The notes: a model not told the origin generated them from the letters alone. DNA of 64,000 nucleotides from Octopus sinensis (GCF_006345805.1 NC_043001.1:76880001-76944000); one strand, 5' to 3'. Shown: positions 41,653 to 55,104, counted from the first letter of the stretch. Translations and numbers: made by a program.

Positions 41653-41970
41653 GAAGGTGATTCAAAAGTCTCCATACATAGGAAACAGTTTATAAGATCC
41701 CCCTGATATGACCCCTCTTGATTTCTATCTTTGGGGACATTTGAAAGGAATGGTGTATCGCGGAAAGATAAAAGACATAAATCATTTGAAAGAACGCATC
41801 ACCAACTCATTTGCACACGTATCACAAGTTGTGCTATTACGAGTTCACAACGAGTGGGGTTAACGTATTGCAATGTGTATTCAAAACAATGGTAACCATA
41901 TACAGCCTGTTAAATAAAAAATAACTGTTCTTATAAACTGTTTCCTATGTATGGCGACTTTTGAATTACA

Positions 41971-41973
<3 letters not shown>
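41653..41973 (+). mobile_element. Tc1/mariner (DD41D/rosa-like) non-autonomous deletion derivative
   Basis: About 40-bp TIRs (ATTCAAAAGTC.CCATACATAGGAAACAGTTTATAAGA) in a TA context. The interior encodes only the transposase tail (S)PDMTPLDFYLWGHLKGMVY...LKERIT...CIQNNGNH. Confidence 0.85.
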
Positions 41974-42010
<37 letters not shown>

Positions 42011-42280
42011 ATCCAAGGATCGAGGTGTAGGAAGAAAGTTAACTTCAAGCAATCCGTAAATAGAAAAAAAAAAACAACTTTTAGGAACAATAGCGGTTTA
42101 TTGAGATGAAAGGTTGTGTATTTTTTTTTCTTATCGAAGTATGATAAATTGGGGAAAGTTCTTTATATTTAACGGTAGGGAAACCAGGATTGCCGGTTAT
42201 ACGAATGAGAATACAAGAGTTAAGGAATGGAGCAGCCCGGATCTTATCTACTCCATTCCTTAACTCTTGTATGTATATAT

Positions 42281-42436
42281 CAGGGGCGGACTGAGAGTAT
42301 TAAGGGCCCTCGGGCATAACTGTTTACCGGGCCCCTTAGCATTGATATCAGTAGAGTTAACATGTAGAGTGCGGGCCTCTCAGAGCTCCGGGCCCTCGAA
42401 CAGTACCCGATTGACCGACGGTTCAGTCCGCCCCTT
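42281..42436. mobile_element. hAT-type MITE (156 bp)
   Basis: TIRs CAGGGGCGGACTGA / TCAGTCCGCCCCT(T) and an 8-bp TSD GTATATAT on both sides. Confidence 0.85.
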
Positions 42437-43799
42437 GTATATATATATATATATGACTTTGCCTTTCATCTTTTGGGATCGATTAAATAAGTACCAGTTA
42501 GTCATTGGAGTTGATGTAATCCACTTAATAGCTGTCTGTCCTTGTTTGTGATCTTTATGTTTAGCCAGCTGTGGGCAATAAGTATATAAATGTTATATAA
42601 GGTTGCTCTGAGTGACACACACTTTAGCTAAATCACTGCAGCAATATTCTCAGTACGACACGCCCATTACACCTAACGCCACTCAACAATACCATCAACA
42701 CTAAAGCCGAGACTAAACAATACGATCGGTAACAGACGTCGTCACCATCAACACAAGCAACACAACCACACCATCGACATCGCCAACGACAACGCCTTTA
42801 TCGCAACAACCAACAACACTGACATCAACTCGGCCATCACAGCTGATACCACCAGCTATATAATACCATTGATAATAGTCGACGTTAGCATCAGCGCCAC
42901 AACTAACGTCACCAACCAACAATAGGCACTAATAACATTGAAAGCACGACCGTCACAGCTAACTCGAACAGCAACCGTCGACAATAACAATACTACAAAC
43001 GACAATACTATTGATGCCGTTATCGTCACTAGAACACCGTCAAGAATGCCACAGCCGACTCCACCATCAACGATAGTAATTACTTCCACCGGTAACACCA
43101 TCACCGGCGCAATTAACACCACCAATACCGCTAACGAAATCGCCGACAACCAGCAACAATAACAAAACAAATAACGATAACAGATACCTCCCACCATCAT
43201 CAACAACGTATGACAAAAGCATCTAGACAACACAAACATCACAACCAACAACTGCCAAGAAATCTCAGTTGTTCCTATTAGTAACGTGATATATAGATAT
43301 ACTGTACATAGGTGATGGTGGAAGGAAGCGTGTGATAGAGGTAAAAAGAGAGGTGGGGAGAGGAGAAAGCGACTAGGTTATTTCACCTGTGTTGGTACAC
43401 CACCACCACCACCACTACCATTTGTTGTCGTCAGCTGTTTTTTCAAAGATGGACTCACCGAAACTCGCCTGCCTTACTCTCTCTCACTCACACGTATTAC
43501 TCGTATTCTTCTACTCTCTCTCTCTCATCGTTCATACTCACCTACTCTCTCTCTCTCTCACACACGCATGCACTAAGCTCTCTCTCTCTCTCTTTTTTAT
43601 CGCTCGCTACTCACACACACACACTATGTAACTCTCTCTGTCTTTCTCTCTCTCTCTCCCTTTCTCTCACACACATACACTCCAAGTCCCACTCTCTCGC
43701 TCTCACACACACACACGCACAATGCTTTTTTCTCGCTAATATATCTATTCACACACATGCGCACAAAGTCCCTTCTCTCTCGTGTACACTAAACCCGCT

Positions 43800-43835
<36 letters not shown>

Positions 43836-44108
43836 TATAGTCTACTTTCTGTTTTCTTTTCTTCCAGTTTTCTCTTTTCTGTCACTTCTTATCTCTTAAC
43901 CTTTCTTTTCTTTCCTCCACCTTTGTCCTCTCTTATTGTATCTCATTTTCTTTCTTTTTCTCTCTCTCTCTCTCTCTGGCGTGGCTGTGTGATCTTTGGT
44001 TCAGTCCCTCTACGTGGCCCCTTTGACGAGCGTTTTTCTCCTATAACCCCGGACTGACCAAAGTCTTGTGAGTGGATATTGTGGACAGAAACTGTGTCGG
44101 GGCCTCTG

Positions 44109-44209
<101 letters not shown>

Positions 44210-44253
44210 TGTGTGTATGTATGTATGTATGTATGTATGTATGTATGTATGTA

Positions 44254-44285
<32 letters not shown>

Positions 44286-44640
44286 AGACAGACGGACAGA
44301 CACCAATACTGCTTCACAGCCTGTGTTGGTCTGTCAACGTCCTCGAAATACATCGGTTTGACTAAAAAGAAACTAATATAAATAAGGACATCCAAGGGGC
44401 GGACGTCAGGGATAGGTCGCCCACATAAGTTGAAATTTATCCATTTTGACAGGGATTTTTCAGATTTGTTTTTCACGATGCCTTTGGAAATGATTGGGGG
44501 CATCTTTTTAGACTTAAAAAGCATGAGTATTGAGATCGATATGTTCGACTAAAACTCTCCAAGGCAGTGCCCGTGCGTCGTTCATAGCCCAACAACTGAA
44601 ACGATAATATGACTTTGTAACTAAGGCAGCTCACCGCCTT

Positions 44641-45305
44641 AGGCGAGCTGGCAGAAACGTTAGCACGCTGGGTGAAATGCTTAGTGGTATTTCGTCTGCC
44701 GCTACGTTCTGAGTTCAAATTCCGCCGAGGTCGACTTTGCCTTTCATACTTTCGGGGTCGATAAATTAAGTACCAGTTACGCACTGGGGTCGATGTAATT
44801 GACTTAACCCGTTTGTCTGTCCTTGTTTGTCCCCTCTGTGTTTAGCCCCTTGTGGGTAGTAAAGAAATAGGTATTTCGTCTGCCGCTACGTTCTGAGTTC
44901 CAGTTTGGATCTTTTCCTTTAGAATTCTGTCTATCTAAAGGAAAAGATCCTCAATTCCGCCGAGGTCGACTTTGCCTTTCATCCTTTCGGAGTCGATGAA
45001 ATTAAGTACCAGTTACGCATTGGAGTCGATCTAATCGACCCAATCCCTTTGTCTGTCTTTGTTTGTCCCCTCTCTGTTTAGCCCCTTGTGAGCAATAAAG
45101 AAATAAGAAACATTAGCACGCCGGACGAAATGCTTAGAGGTATTTCATCTGTCTTTACGATCTGAGTTCAAATTCTGCCAAGGTCGACTTTGCCTTTCAT
45201 CCTTTCGAGGTCGATAAATTAAGTACCAGTTGCGTACTGGGGGTCGATGTAATCGATTGGCTCCCTCCCCCAAAATGTCGGACCTTGTGCCTAGAGTAGA
45301 AAAGA
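44641..45305 (+). mobile_element. Young (CpG-intact) multimeric family A SINE
   Basis: Three tandem cores, with a ~50-bp hairpin inserted in the second B-box. Confidence 0.85.
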
Positions 45306-45468
45306 ATATGACTTTGTAACTCACTCTTTCGCGAACACACCAACTTTCGCTTTATTCTCATTGATATGTGTGCGCGTGCTCGCGTGTATTCTCAGTCAGT
45401 GTCTGTAACTTGTTTCGATAACTCTTCCTCCACTTTCACTTTTCCACTGTCTCTTTCTTTTCGTGTCC

Positions 45469-45499
<31 letters not shown>

Positions 45500-45962
45500 A
45501 ATTTCTTGTTGATTGACCTCTCTCTCTCTCTTTCTCTCCCTATCTATCTATCTATTTACCTGTATGTGTGTGTGTGCAAGTGAGCGAATGTCTCTTTCTC
45601 TCGTATTACGATGAAATATGTTGGCCTTTATACATGCGTGCCTATACAAGGTGTATTGATAATGGGAAGTGTGATTTATGTATGTATACTGTTGTGTATA
45701 TATGTACTTGTATGTGCGTGATGCCTCTAAATGCTAGTTAGGGTATATAACTATATATAAACACGTGTATATGTGTTTGTACTTTAAATGATTTCCAGTT
45801 GATCACATCCGATCTCACTACATATCCCCTGTCTGGTACTTGTTTTATCGATCTCTATTTTATCGCGTGGCTAAGTCACTTTTTGACACAAGCATCACCA
45901 AAGGTTTTATTTCAAACCTGCAGTGTCGTATCAAACACAACACAGACACATAAATACATATA

Positions 45963-46000
<38 letters not shown>

Positions 46001-47584
46001 ACTTTATGCTCGCTTTTTCTTGAGAAGACGAACATCTTATGGTCTCTTCGACATCAACAACACTAGATCTCTCCCTCTCTCTCCGCCTTTTCTTCTCTCT
46101 TTCTCTCCGACTCTCTCCCTCTTCTCTGTCTTTATTCCTACCTCTTTTTCTACACCTTCCTCTCTTTCTTCTCCTTCCTCTCGATGTTTCGTCTTCTTTG
46201 TGACTTGCCAATACTGTTTACCCAAAACGAAGCCTGACGCAAGCTAGATTACTGTCTATGAATGACTATATGCAAGATTGTATGTCACAACATTTCATAC
46301 CATGAGAAAAATTTGGCCAGACATGTTTCCACAGAACATTGGAAATGAATGACATTGTTTGTGTGACAGTGACTCTCATTTACAACCATTGAAGTATCAA
46401 GGCAAGGAGGCACATTTTCACACACACACACACACCACACACACACATGCCATTCTGAACCTAGAAACAAAACAAACATCATCTACAGCAATCATGTGAT
46501 GTCAATACGAGGTTACATACATACATAAGCAAACCCATACATACATACATACATACATACATACATACATACATACATACATACATACATACAACATACA
46601 TACATACACTGAACTATTGAGAAATCTGCTGTTACTCTATCCAGGTTACAAGTTCAGGTTTATACCTGTAATTACTGAGACACTGAATATGTGACACACT
46701 GCCTAAATACCAATCTTGAGAAATTAGGTTTCTCAAAACCAGAAAGGAGAAAGCTGATCTGAAGACTACAGATCAAAGCAATCACTGGAACTGTAAAAAT
46801 CTGTAAAACTTTCCAGAAATTTATCATTTGAGTATATATGAGCATGTCTAGACATGTAACTATATGCATGAGAATACATACATAAAACAAAACATACAAA
46901 TCTGCACATCTACATACATACAAAAAATATCCTGTTGATGTTGAAATTCCAATGAAGGAGCCTTGGATCTAGGTTAGATACCACCTCTTTTTCTATTAGC
47001 AAGCAATTTTTAAATAAAACTGAATAATAATAATATATATACTATAGGCTTCTTGCAGTTCCATCTGATTCATGGAGGGATGGAAAAGTAGATGCTAAAT
47101 GAAATGTGTATGTGTGTGTTTGTGTGTGTATATATATATAGACTAGTTACAGGATTAACTAGAATTTAGGCACATCAACAAGACTGAGTAGGTACCATAA
47201 TATTGAGTCCACAGTAAGGTAAAACAACCATGAGGTATCATTTGTTGGTATTATACTGTGGGCATGCATGTATATAGGTACCAAATCCAATATAAATCAT
47301 AGATCCAACTCAGGATTGGTTCCAAGTGTAGCATAGGTATAAAAAAGAACACAAATAGGGTATAAAATTTACTGCAGCTGTTTCGATAGCATTTTATTGA
47401 TGCATTCAAAGATTACATCACAACATAAAGCCACCATCTTCAAATAAAATTTTAAACATTTAAACAAGCCAGACAAAACCTAGATGACCAGTTCACCAAC
47501 TAGCATGATAAATAATTTATGATATTAGTTGGTGAATAGGTCATCTGCTAGGTTTTACCTTGCCTGTTAGTACATGTTTAAAAT

Positions 47585-47662
47585 TTTGTCTGAGGATGTA
47601 ATTTATGCTAGGATGTAATTATGAATGCATCAATAAAATATCACTGAAACAGCTGTAATAAG
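47585..47662 (+). ncRNA. Type I hammerhead ribozyme (diverged) in the right arm of a palindrome
   Basis: tttgt CTGAGGA(47590-96) tg...ca ct GAAAC agct GTA^ ataag, with palindromic stem III ACAGCUGU. Stems I and II are weak. A decayed mirror copy (TTGAAGA...GAAACAGCTGCA) lies on - at about 47368-47447. Confidence 0.65.
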
Positions 47663-48669
47663 TTTAAAACCTCATTTCTGTTCGTTTATATGTATATATA
47701 CCATCATCATTGTCATTTAACGTCTGTTTTCCACACTGGCATGGGTTGGATGGATTGACAGGAGTCAAGCAGCTAAAGGGTTGTTCAGGCTCCATGTCTG
47801 TTCTGGCATGGTTTCTACAGCTGGATGCCCTTTATAATGCCAACTACTTTACAGAGTATACTGAGTGCTTTTGTGCAACACCAGCATGGGTGCTTTTTAT
47901 GTGGCACCAGCACCTTTGAGCCCATGAGATTAGGAATGCTGAGCTGGAATGGGTGGCAGGGGGGCGAGCCTTTGTTGTCTGTTCATCTGCTCAGCATCTA
48001 GGGATATTTGCCATTGACTCAATAAATTCATTTGCTGAAATACACACACACATAACTTTATGATATGCATATGTATACATACACATACTTAAATGCATAC
48101 ATCCATATGTATGTATGTATGTGTGTGTGTATAAATATGATAGGGTGCAGTTTGAAGGGCTTAGAAACTTTACACATCTGAACTAAATACAGTTTTGATA
48201 TGACTTCAAACTGCATTCAGTTGTGGGGCTCAGGTTCATGAGTTCCAGAGTTTCTAAAAAGTATAGAACCATCTCTTAACCACTATTGTCCCCAGTTCTA
48301 CTCTGTCAGGGACCCAACAATTGGTTAATTAGCATAGTTGGGCTTGCTTCCCAGTGGATGTGAAGATAGGATTGAGCAGGACTCTGCAGAAGAAACCTTC
48401 ATGGTTTAAATGAGGGGAAGGTGGCTGCTTCAACACATCCTGGAGTGCAAAGAGCAGGGTGAAGTAAACAAAACATCTTGGTTATCCATTGCTGCTGTTG
48501 TCTCCATTCCAAGTCATTGAGGTCTGGCCTTGCCTCTGGTTTAAAGAGGGTCACAGATGAAAGGGTGAGGTTGATGAGGTGCAAATCATCTACTTCATAA
48601 TTAAAGTCACCACACAAGACATCAAGATGATTAAGAAGATCCTCATCATTTCTGCCTGCTTACCGCCTT

Positions 48670-49395
48670 AGGTAAGCTAGCAGAAACGTTAGCACGCCAG
48701 GCAAAATGCTTAGCAGTATTTCATCTGCCGTTATGTTCCGAGTTCAAATTCCGCCGAGGTCAACTTTACCTTTCATCCTTTTGGGGTCAATAAATTAAGT
48801 ACCAGTTACGCACTGGAGTCGATGTAATCGACTTAATCCGTTTGTCTGTCCTTGTTTGTTCCCTCTGTGTTTAGCCCCTTCTGGGTAGTAAAGAAATAGG
48901 TATTTCGTCTGCCGTTACATTCTGAGTTCAAATTCCGCCGAGGTCGACTTTCATCCTTTTGGGGGTCGATAAATTAAGTACCAGTTCTGCACTGAGGTCG
49001 ATGTAATTGACTTAATGGAGGCACATAGCCTAGTGGAGAGTGCAGTGGATTCGCAGTATAGAGATCGCGGGTTCGAATCTCAAACCGGGTGATGTGTGTG
49101 TTTATGAGTGAAACACCCAAGCTCCATGATGCTCCAGCAGAAGGTAATTGCGAACTTCTGCTGACTTTTTCGCCACAACTTTCTCTCACTCTTTCCTCCT
49201 GCATCTTGCAGCTCACCTGCGACGGACCGGCGTCCCATCCAGGTGGGGAACCTATATGCCAAGGAAACCGGGAAACCGGCCCATTATGAGTCGGGCATGG
49301 CTTGAGAAGGAACAAACAACAATTGACTTAGTCCCTTTGTCTGTCCTTGTTTGTCCCCTCTATGTTTAGCCCCTTGTGGGCAATAAAGAAATAAG
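48670..49395 (+). mobile_element. Dimeric family A SINE with a nested tRNA-SINE of family D (49015-49320)
   Basis: The nested copy has head GGAGGCACATAGCCTAGTGG..GGTTCGAATC, an (AAC) tail and TSD AATTGACTTA (49005-49014, 49321-49330). Confidence 0.85.
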
Positions 49396-49611
49396 AAGGT
49401 CCCCATCGTTCCAACTGACGAACATGTGGACTAAATACAGTTACATGTACTTACCCACTCTATGCACATAGGTTTGTGCATCATTCATTCATACTTTATA
49501 CACACTTACACACAAGTACATACTGCACACATGCACATATACATGTGTTCACATAGATTCATACTTTACATCTTCATACATCATACTCATGCATACACAT
49601 ATGTATATACC

Positions 49612-49649
<38 letters not shown>

Positions 49650-51046
49650 AATCATGCAGTCTGTCAGACCACACATAGTGCATCACACATAGACATAATT
49701 CAAACAGAAAAGATAAATGCACACACACACACACATAAAAGCATATACACACATGTGCGTGTGTGTATATACAAGTCGCAGCACTAGCTTCATCAAATTC
49801 TAGTTTTCTTACAAACCACATACACAACATTTACACACACTCACACTCAGCACACACACAAATCACGTCACTACTTTCTTCACATTCTAGCTTTCAAACC
49901 ACATACACACATACTGCACACAGACACTGCACTCATGCATAACACACACACACACACGGCATCTCCCTCCCCATGCGCACACACATGTAGATTACCTGGG
50001 GACATGACCTTCCATTTGTAGCCAGAAAACTGCACTTTTTACGCTTATTTTATAACACGATTTGACAACCAAACTCACTCTCTCTACCCCCCCTCTCTCT
50101 CTCCACATTCACCCTCTCACTTTCCTTTGCTCTACTGCCTTTCTTTCTCTCTCTCTTTTATCTATAACGTGTACGTACCAGTCTTCAGTTCAGTCTATTT
50201 ATCTCCCACTCTCTAACAAATCTTCTTATCTGTATAGCTATATGCCTGTATATTGATTTGTCTGTCTGTTTTTGTATCTGTCTGTCTATCTCAGTCTATC
50301 TGCCGATGTCTCTGTGTGTCTGTCTGTCTCGCTGTCTATCCATGTCTGTCTGCCTCTCCCTCTCTGTTTATCTATCTGTCTCTCTCTCTCTCTCTCTCTG
50401 TTTGTCTGTTCATGTATCTCAGATTATGTGTTATTTTAAAGATTTTGTCTGGAGAAATGCACGTAGTTTATATTGAAAGATATATTATTTATATTATTAT
50501 ATGAATTCATTTATATTCATACTGATATTTATATTCATGGCATGTATTTCCTGTGTTGTGTAGAAACGACTGTAATTAAAGAATGTGGTATATGCATGCA
50601 TATATGTGTGTATGTACACACATACACACACACACATGCGCGCGCGCGCACACACAGTCCACTCTGCTCGTTGGTTGGTTGGTTGGTTGGTGTGAGGAAG
50701 GGCATCCAGCTGTAAAAATCCTGCCAAAACAGTCACAGAAGTTTGGTGCAGGCTTCTGTCTGACCGGCTCCTGTCAAACCATCCCACCCATGCCAGCACA
50801 GAAGCCGGATGTTTTAATGATGATGTTGATGATGATGATAGTGATGTGTGTATATATATATATATATTAATATAATATATATAATATATATATATATATA
50901 TATAATGTATGTATATATAAATCTTTAAAATGTTTCAGCCCAAAGGCTGCGGCCATGCTGGAGCACCACCGCTGAATATATATATATATATTTATGTATA
51001 TATGTATGTATGTATGTATGTATATATATATATATATGTATGTATG

Positions 51047-51078
<32 letters not shown>

Positions 51079-51297
51079 TATATATATGTATATATATATA
51101 TATGTATATACTAAGCAATAAGGGTTTAGCAACGAGTTGCCTTACCACATACCGAATTTAGAAATAGCAGTCAAAGGGTTATAGCTATTTCTTCTACAAA
51201 AAAGGGAGATCTCAGTAAAAACAGCATTTGGAAGGCAGACACAAAAAGGTAAGAGAGAATGAATTGACTGCAATCTATCATACATTTTTTTAGTTAT

Positions 51298-51409
51298 CCA
51301 CGGACGTACGTTTCGAAATCAAGTTTTAAGGAAAGCATAAGAATTAGATATTAAATATTAAATAATAAATAATTCTATCTTACCGAAACTTCTTTTCTCT
51401 TCAGCGTAG
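51298..51409 (-). ncRNA. Type I hammerhead ribozyme, unit 1 (repeated at 51900-52010, 52501-52611 and 53105-53216, all on -)
   Basis: CUACG-CUGAAGA-[83-nt stem II: GAAA/UUUC, AAGUUU/AAACUU, AGAAUUA/UAAUUCU]-GAAAC-GUAC-GUC^-CGUGG. Stem I is CUACG/CGUGG and stem III is the palindrome ACGUACGU. Confidence 0.85.
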
Positions 51410-53742
51410 AATACTATAATCATAAATGATTATATATTGAATTTTGAGATACCAGAAGGCACCAACTCCACTCAGTATCAGAGCGAGCTAGAATCCGCAA
51501 CTGGTATCACCGAATTCATTTGTGAATGAAACGATTGTGTCAACAGCCCCTTCCCACCCGCGTGTAGCCAAAACAAGATGCTGTGGTCATCTACTGAGAT
51601 AAAATATGGTTATCCGTAATAATGAAGGGTGAAATTAATTAATTTGGAAAAATTATCAATTACACCAAGTAGTCTTGCATGTAAAAGCCTCATTCGAGGA
51701 AAATTTAAGTAATACTAAGCAATAAGGGTTTAGCAACGAGTTGCCTTACCACATACCGAATTTAGAAATAGCAGTCAAAGGGTTATAGCTATTTCTCTAC
51801 AAAAAAGGGGGATCTCAGTAAAAACAGCATTTGGAAGGCAGACACAAACAGGTAAGAGAGAATGAATTGACTGCAATCTATCATACATTTTTTAGTTATC
51901 CACGGACGTACGTTTCGAAATCAAGTTTTAAGGAAAGCATAAGAATTAGATATTAAATATTAATAATAAATAATTCTATCTTACCGAAACTTCTTTTCTC
52001 TTCAGCGTAGAATACTATAATCATAAATGATTATATATTGAATTTTGAGATACCAGAAGGCACCAACTCCACTCAGTATCAGAGCGAGCTAGAATCCGCA
52101 ACTGGTATCACCGAATTCAATTTGTGAATGAAACGATTGTGTCAACAGCCCCTTCCCACCCGCGTGTAGCCAAAACAGATGCTGTGGTCATCTACCGAGA
52201 TAAAATATGGTTATCCGTAATAATGAAGGGTGAAATTAATTAATTTGGAAAAATATCAATTACACCAAGTAGTCTTCGGCATGTAAAAGCCTCATTCGAG
52301 GAAAATTTAAGTAATACTAAGCAATAAGGGTTTAGCAACGAGTTGCCTTACCACATACCGAATTTAGAAATAGCAGTCAAAGGGTTATAGCTATTTCTTC
52401 TACAAAAAAAGAGATCTCAGTAAAACAGCATTTGGAAGGCAGACACAAACAGGTAAGAGAGAATGAATTGACTGCAATCTATCATACATTTTTTTAGTAT
52501 CCACGGACGTACGTTTCGAAATCAAGTTTTAAGGAAAGCATAAGAATAGATATTAAATATTAAATAATAAATAATTCTATCTTACCGAAACTTCTTTTCT
52601 CTTCAGCGTAGAATACTATAATCATAAATGATTATATATTGAATTTTGAGATACCAGAAGGCACCAACTCCACTCAGTATCAGAGCGAGCTAGAATCCGC
52701 AACTGGTATCACCGATTCAATTTGTGAATGAAACGATTGTGTCAACAGCCCCTTGCCACCCGCGTGTAGCCAAAACAAGATGCTGTGGTCATCTACTGAG
52801 ATAAAATATGGTTATCCGTAATAATGAAGGGTGAAATTAATTAATTTGGAAAAATTATCAATTACACCAAGTAGTCTTCGGCATGTAAAAGCCTCATTCG
52901 AGGAAAATTTAAGTAATACTAAGCAATAAGGGTTTAGCAACGAGTTGCCTTACCACATACCGAATTTAGAAATAGCAGTCAAAGGGTTATAGCTATTCTT
53001 CTACAAAAAAGGGAGATCTCAGTAAAAACAGCATTTGGAAGGCAGACACAAACAGGTAAGATAGAATGAATTGACTGCAATCTATCATACATTTTTTTAG
53101 TTATCCACGGACGTACGTTTCGAAATCAAGTTTTAAGGAAAGCATAAGAATTAGATATTAAATATTAAATAATAAATAATTCTATCTTACCGAAACTTCT
53201 TTTCTCTTCAGCGTAGAATACTATAATCATAAATGATTATATATTGAATTTTGAGATACCAGAAGGCACCAACTCCACTCAGTATCAGAGCGAGCTAGAA
53301 TCCGCAACTGGTATCACCGAATTCAATTTGTGAATGAAACGATTGTGTCAACAGCCCCTTCCCACCGCGTGTAGCCAAAACAAGATGCTGTGGTCATCTA
53401 CTGAGATAAAATATGGTTATCCGTAATAATGAAGGGTGAAATTAATTTTGGAAAAATTATCAATTACACCAAGTAGTCTTCGGCATGTAAAAGCCTCATT
53501 CGAGGAAAATTTAAGTAATACTAAGCAATAAGGGTTTAGCAACGAGTTGCCTTACCACATACCGAATTTAGAAATAGCAGTCAAAGGGTTATAGCTATTC
53601 TTCTACAAAAAAGGAGATCTCAGTAAAAACAGCATTTGGAAGGCAGACACAAACAGGTAAGAGAGAATGAATTGACTGCAATCTATCATACATTTTTTTA
53701 GTTATCAAAATTCAATATATAATCATTTATGATTATAGTATT

Positions 53743-53857
53743 CTACGCTGAAGAGAGAGAAAAGAAGTTTCGGTAAGATAGAATTATTTATTATTTAATA
53801 TTTAATATCTAATTCTTATGCTTTCCTTAAAACTTGATTCGAAACGTACGTCCGTGG
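53743..53857 (+). ncRNA. Type I hammerhead ribozyme in the inverted copy
   Basis: ctacg CTGAAGA(53748-54) ... GAAA(53841-44) cgtac GTC^ cgtgg. Confidence 0.8.
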
Positions 53858-54136
53858 ATAACTAAAAAATGTATGATAGATTGCAGTCAATTCATTCTCT
53901 CTTACCTGTTTGTGTCTGCCTTCCAAATGCTGTTTTTACTGAGATCTCCCTTTTTGTAGAAGAAATAGCTATAACCTTTGACTGCTATTTCTAAATTCGG
54001 TATGTGGTAAGGCAACTCGTTGCTAAACCCTTATTGCTTAGTATTACTTAATTTTCCTCGAATGAGGCTTTTACATGCCGAAGACTACTTGGTGTAATTG
54101 ATAATTTTTCCAAATTAATTATTTCACCCTTCATTA

Positions 54137-54176
54137 TATATGTATATATGTATATATATATATATGTATATATGTA

Positions 54177-54210
<34 letters not shown>

Positions 54211-54660
54211 TATATATGTATATATGTATGTATATATATGCATATATGTATGTATATATATGCATATATGTATGTATATATATGCATATATATATGTATG
54301 TATGTATGTATATATGTATGTATATATGCATGTATATATGTATATATATGTATATATGTATATATATGTATATATGTATGTGCATATATATGTATATATG
54401 TATGTGCATATATATGTATATATGTATGTGTATATATATATATGTTTATATGTATGTGCATATATATGTATATATGTATGTGTATATATATATATGTTTA
54501 TATGTATGTGTATATATATATATGTTTATATGTATGTGTATATATATGTATATGTTTATATGTATGTGCATATATATGTATATGTATATATGTATGTGCA
54601 TATATATGTATATGTATATATGTATGTGTATATATATATATGTATATATATGTTTATATG

Positions 54661-54697
<37 letters not shown>

Positions 54698-55104
54698 TAG
54701 TAATACCAGCGATTATAATTATTTTTATTTTATCGCAATTTGATTTGTTTATATATATATATTATATATATATATATATATATGTTTATATGTATGTGTA
54801 TATTATGTATATATGTTTATATGTATGTGTATATATATGTATATATGTTATATGTATGTGTATATATATGTATATATATGTTTATATGTATGTGTATATA
54901 TATATGTATATATGTATTTGTATATATATATGTATATATGTATGTGTATATATATATATGTATATATGTATGTGTATATACATATTTGTATATATATATA
55001 TGTATATATGTATGTGTATATACATATTTGTATATATATATATGTATATATGTATGTGTATATACATATTTGTATATATATATGTATATATGTATGTATA
55101 TATG

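Larger units (their letters stand above)
51108..54136 (-). repeat. 602-bp tandem array (about 4.3 units) plus an inverted partial copy; hammerhead-bearing retrozyme/Penelope-like insertion
   Basis: The unit marker CTAAGCAATAAGGG recurs at 51111, 51715, 52317, 52919 and 53521. The direct array ends at 53706 and 53707-54136 is an inverted copy. Both outer ends abut (TA)/(TATG) microsatellite. No ORF. Confidence 0.95.

Noticed and set aside
42640-43260. Thr/Asn-rich mucin-like ORF
   Set aside because: Degenerate (AAC/ACC)n low-complexity sequence with stops in all frames.
48260-48650. CGDFN motif as a LINE endonuclease
   Set aside because: A single short motif; possibly an old LINE relic, but too weak to call.
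51108-53706. CRISPR-like or coding repeat interpretation of the array
   Set aside because: Whole units are repeated with no unique spacers, there is no ORF, and the context is eukaryotic.
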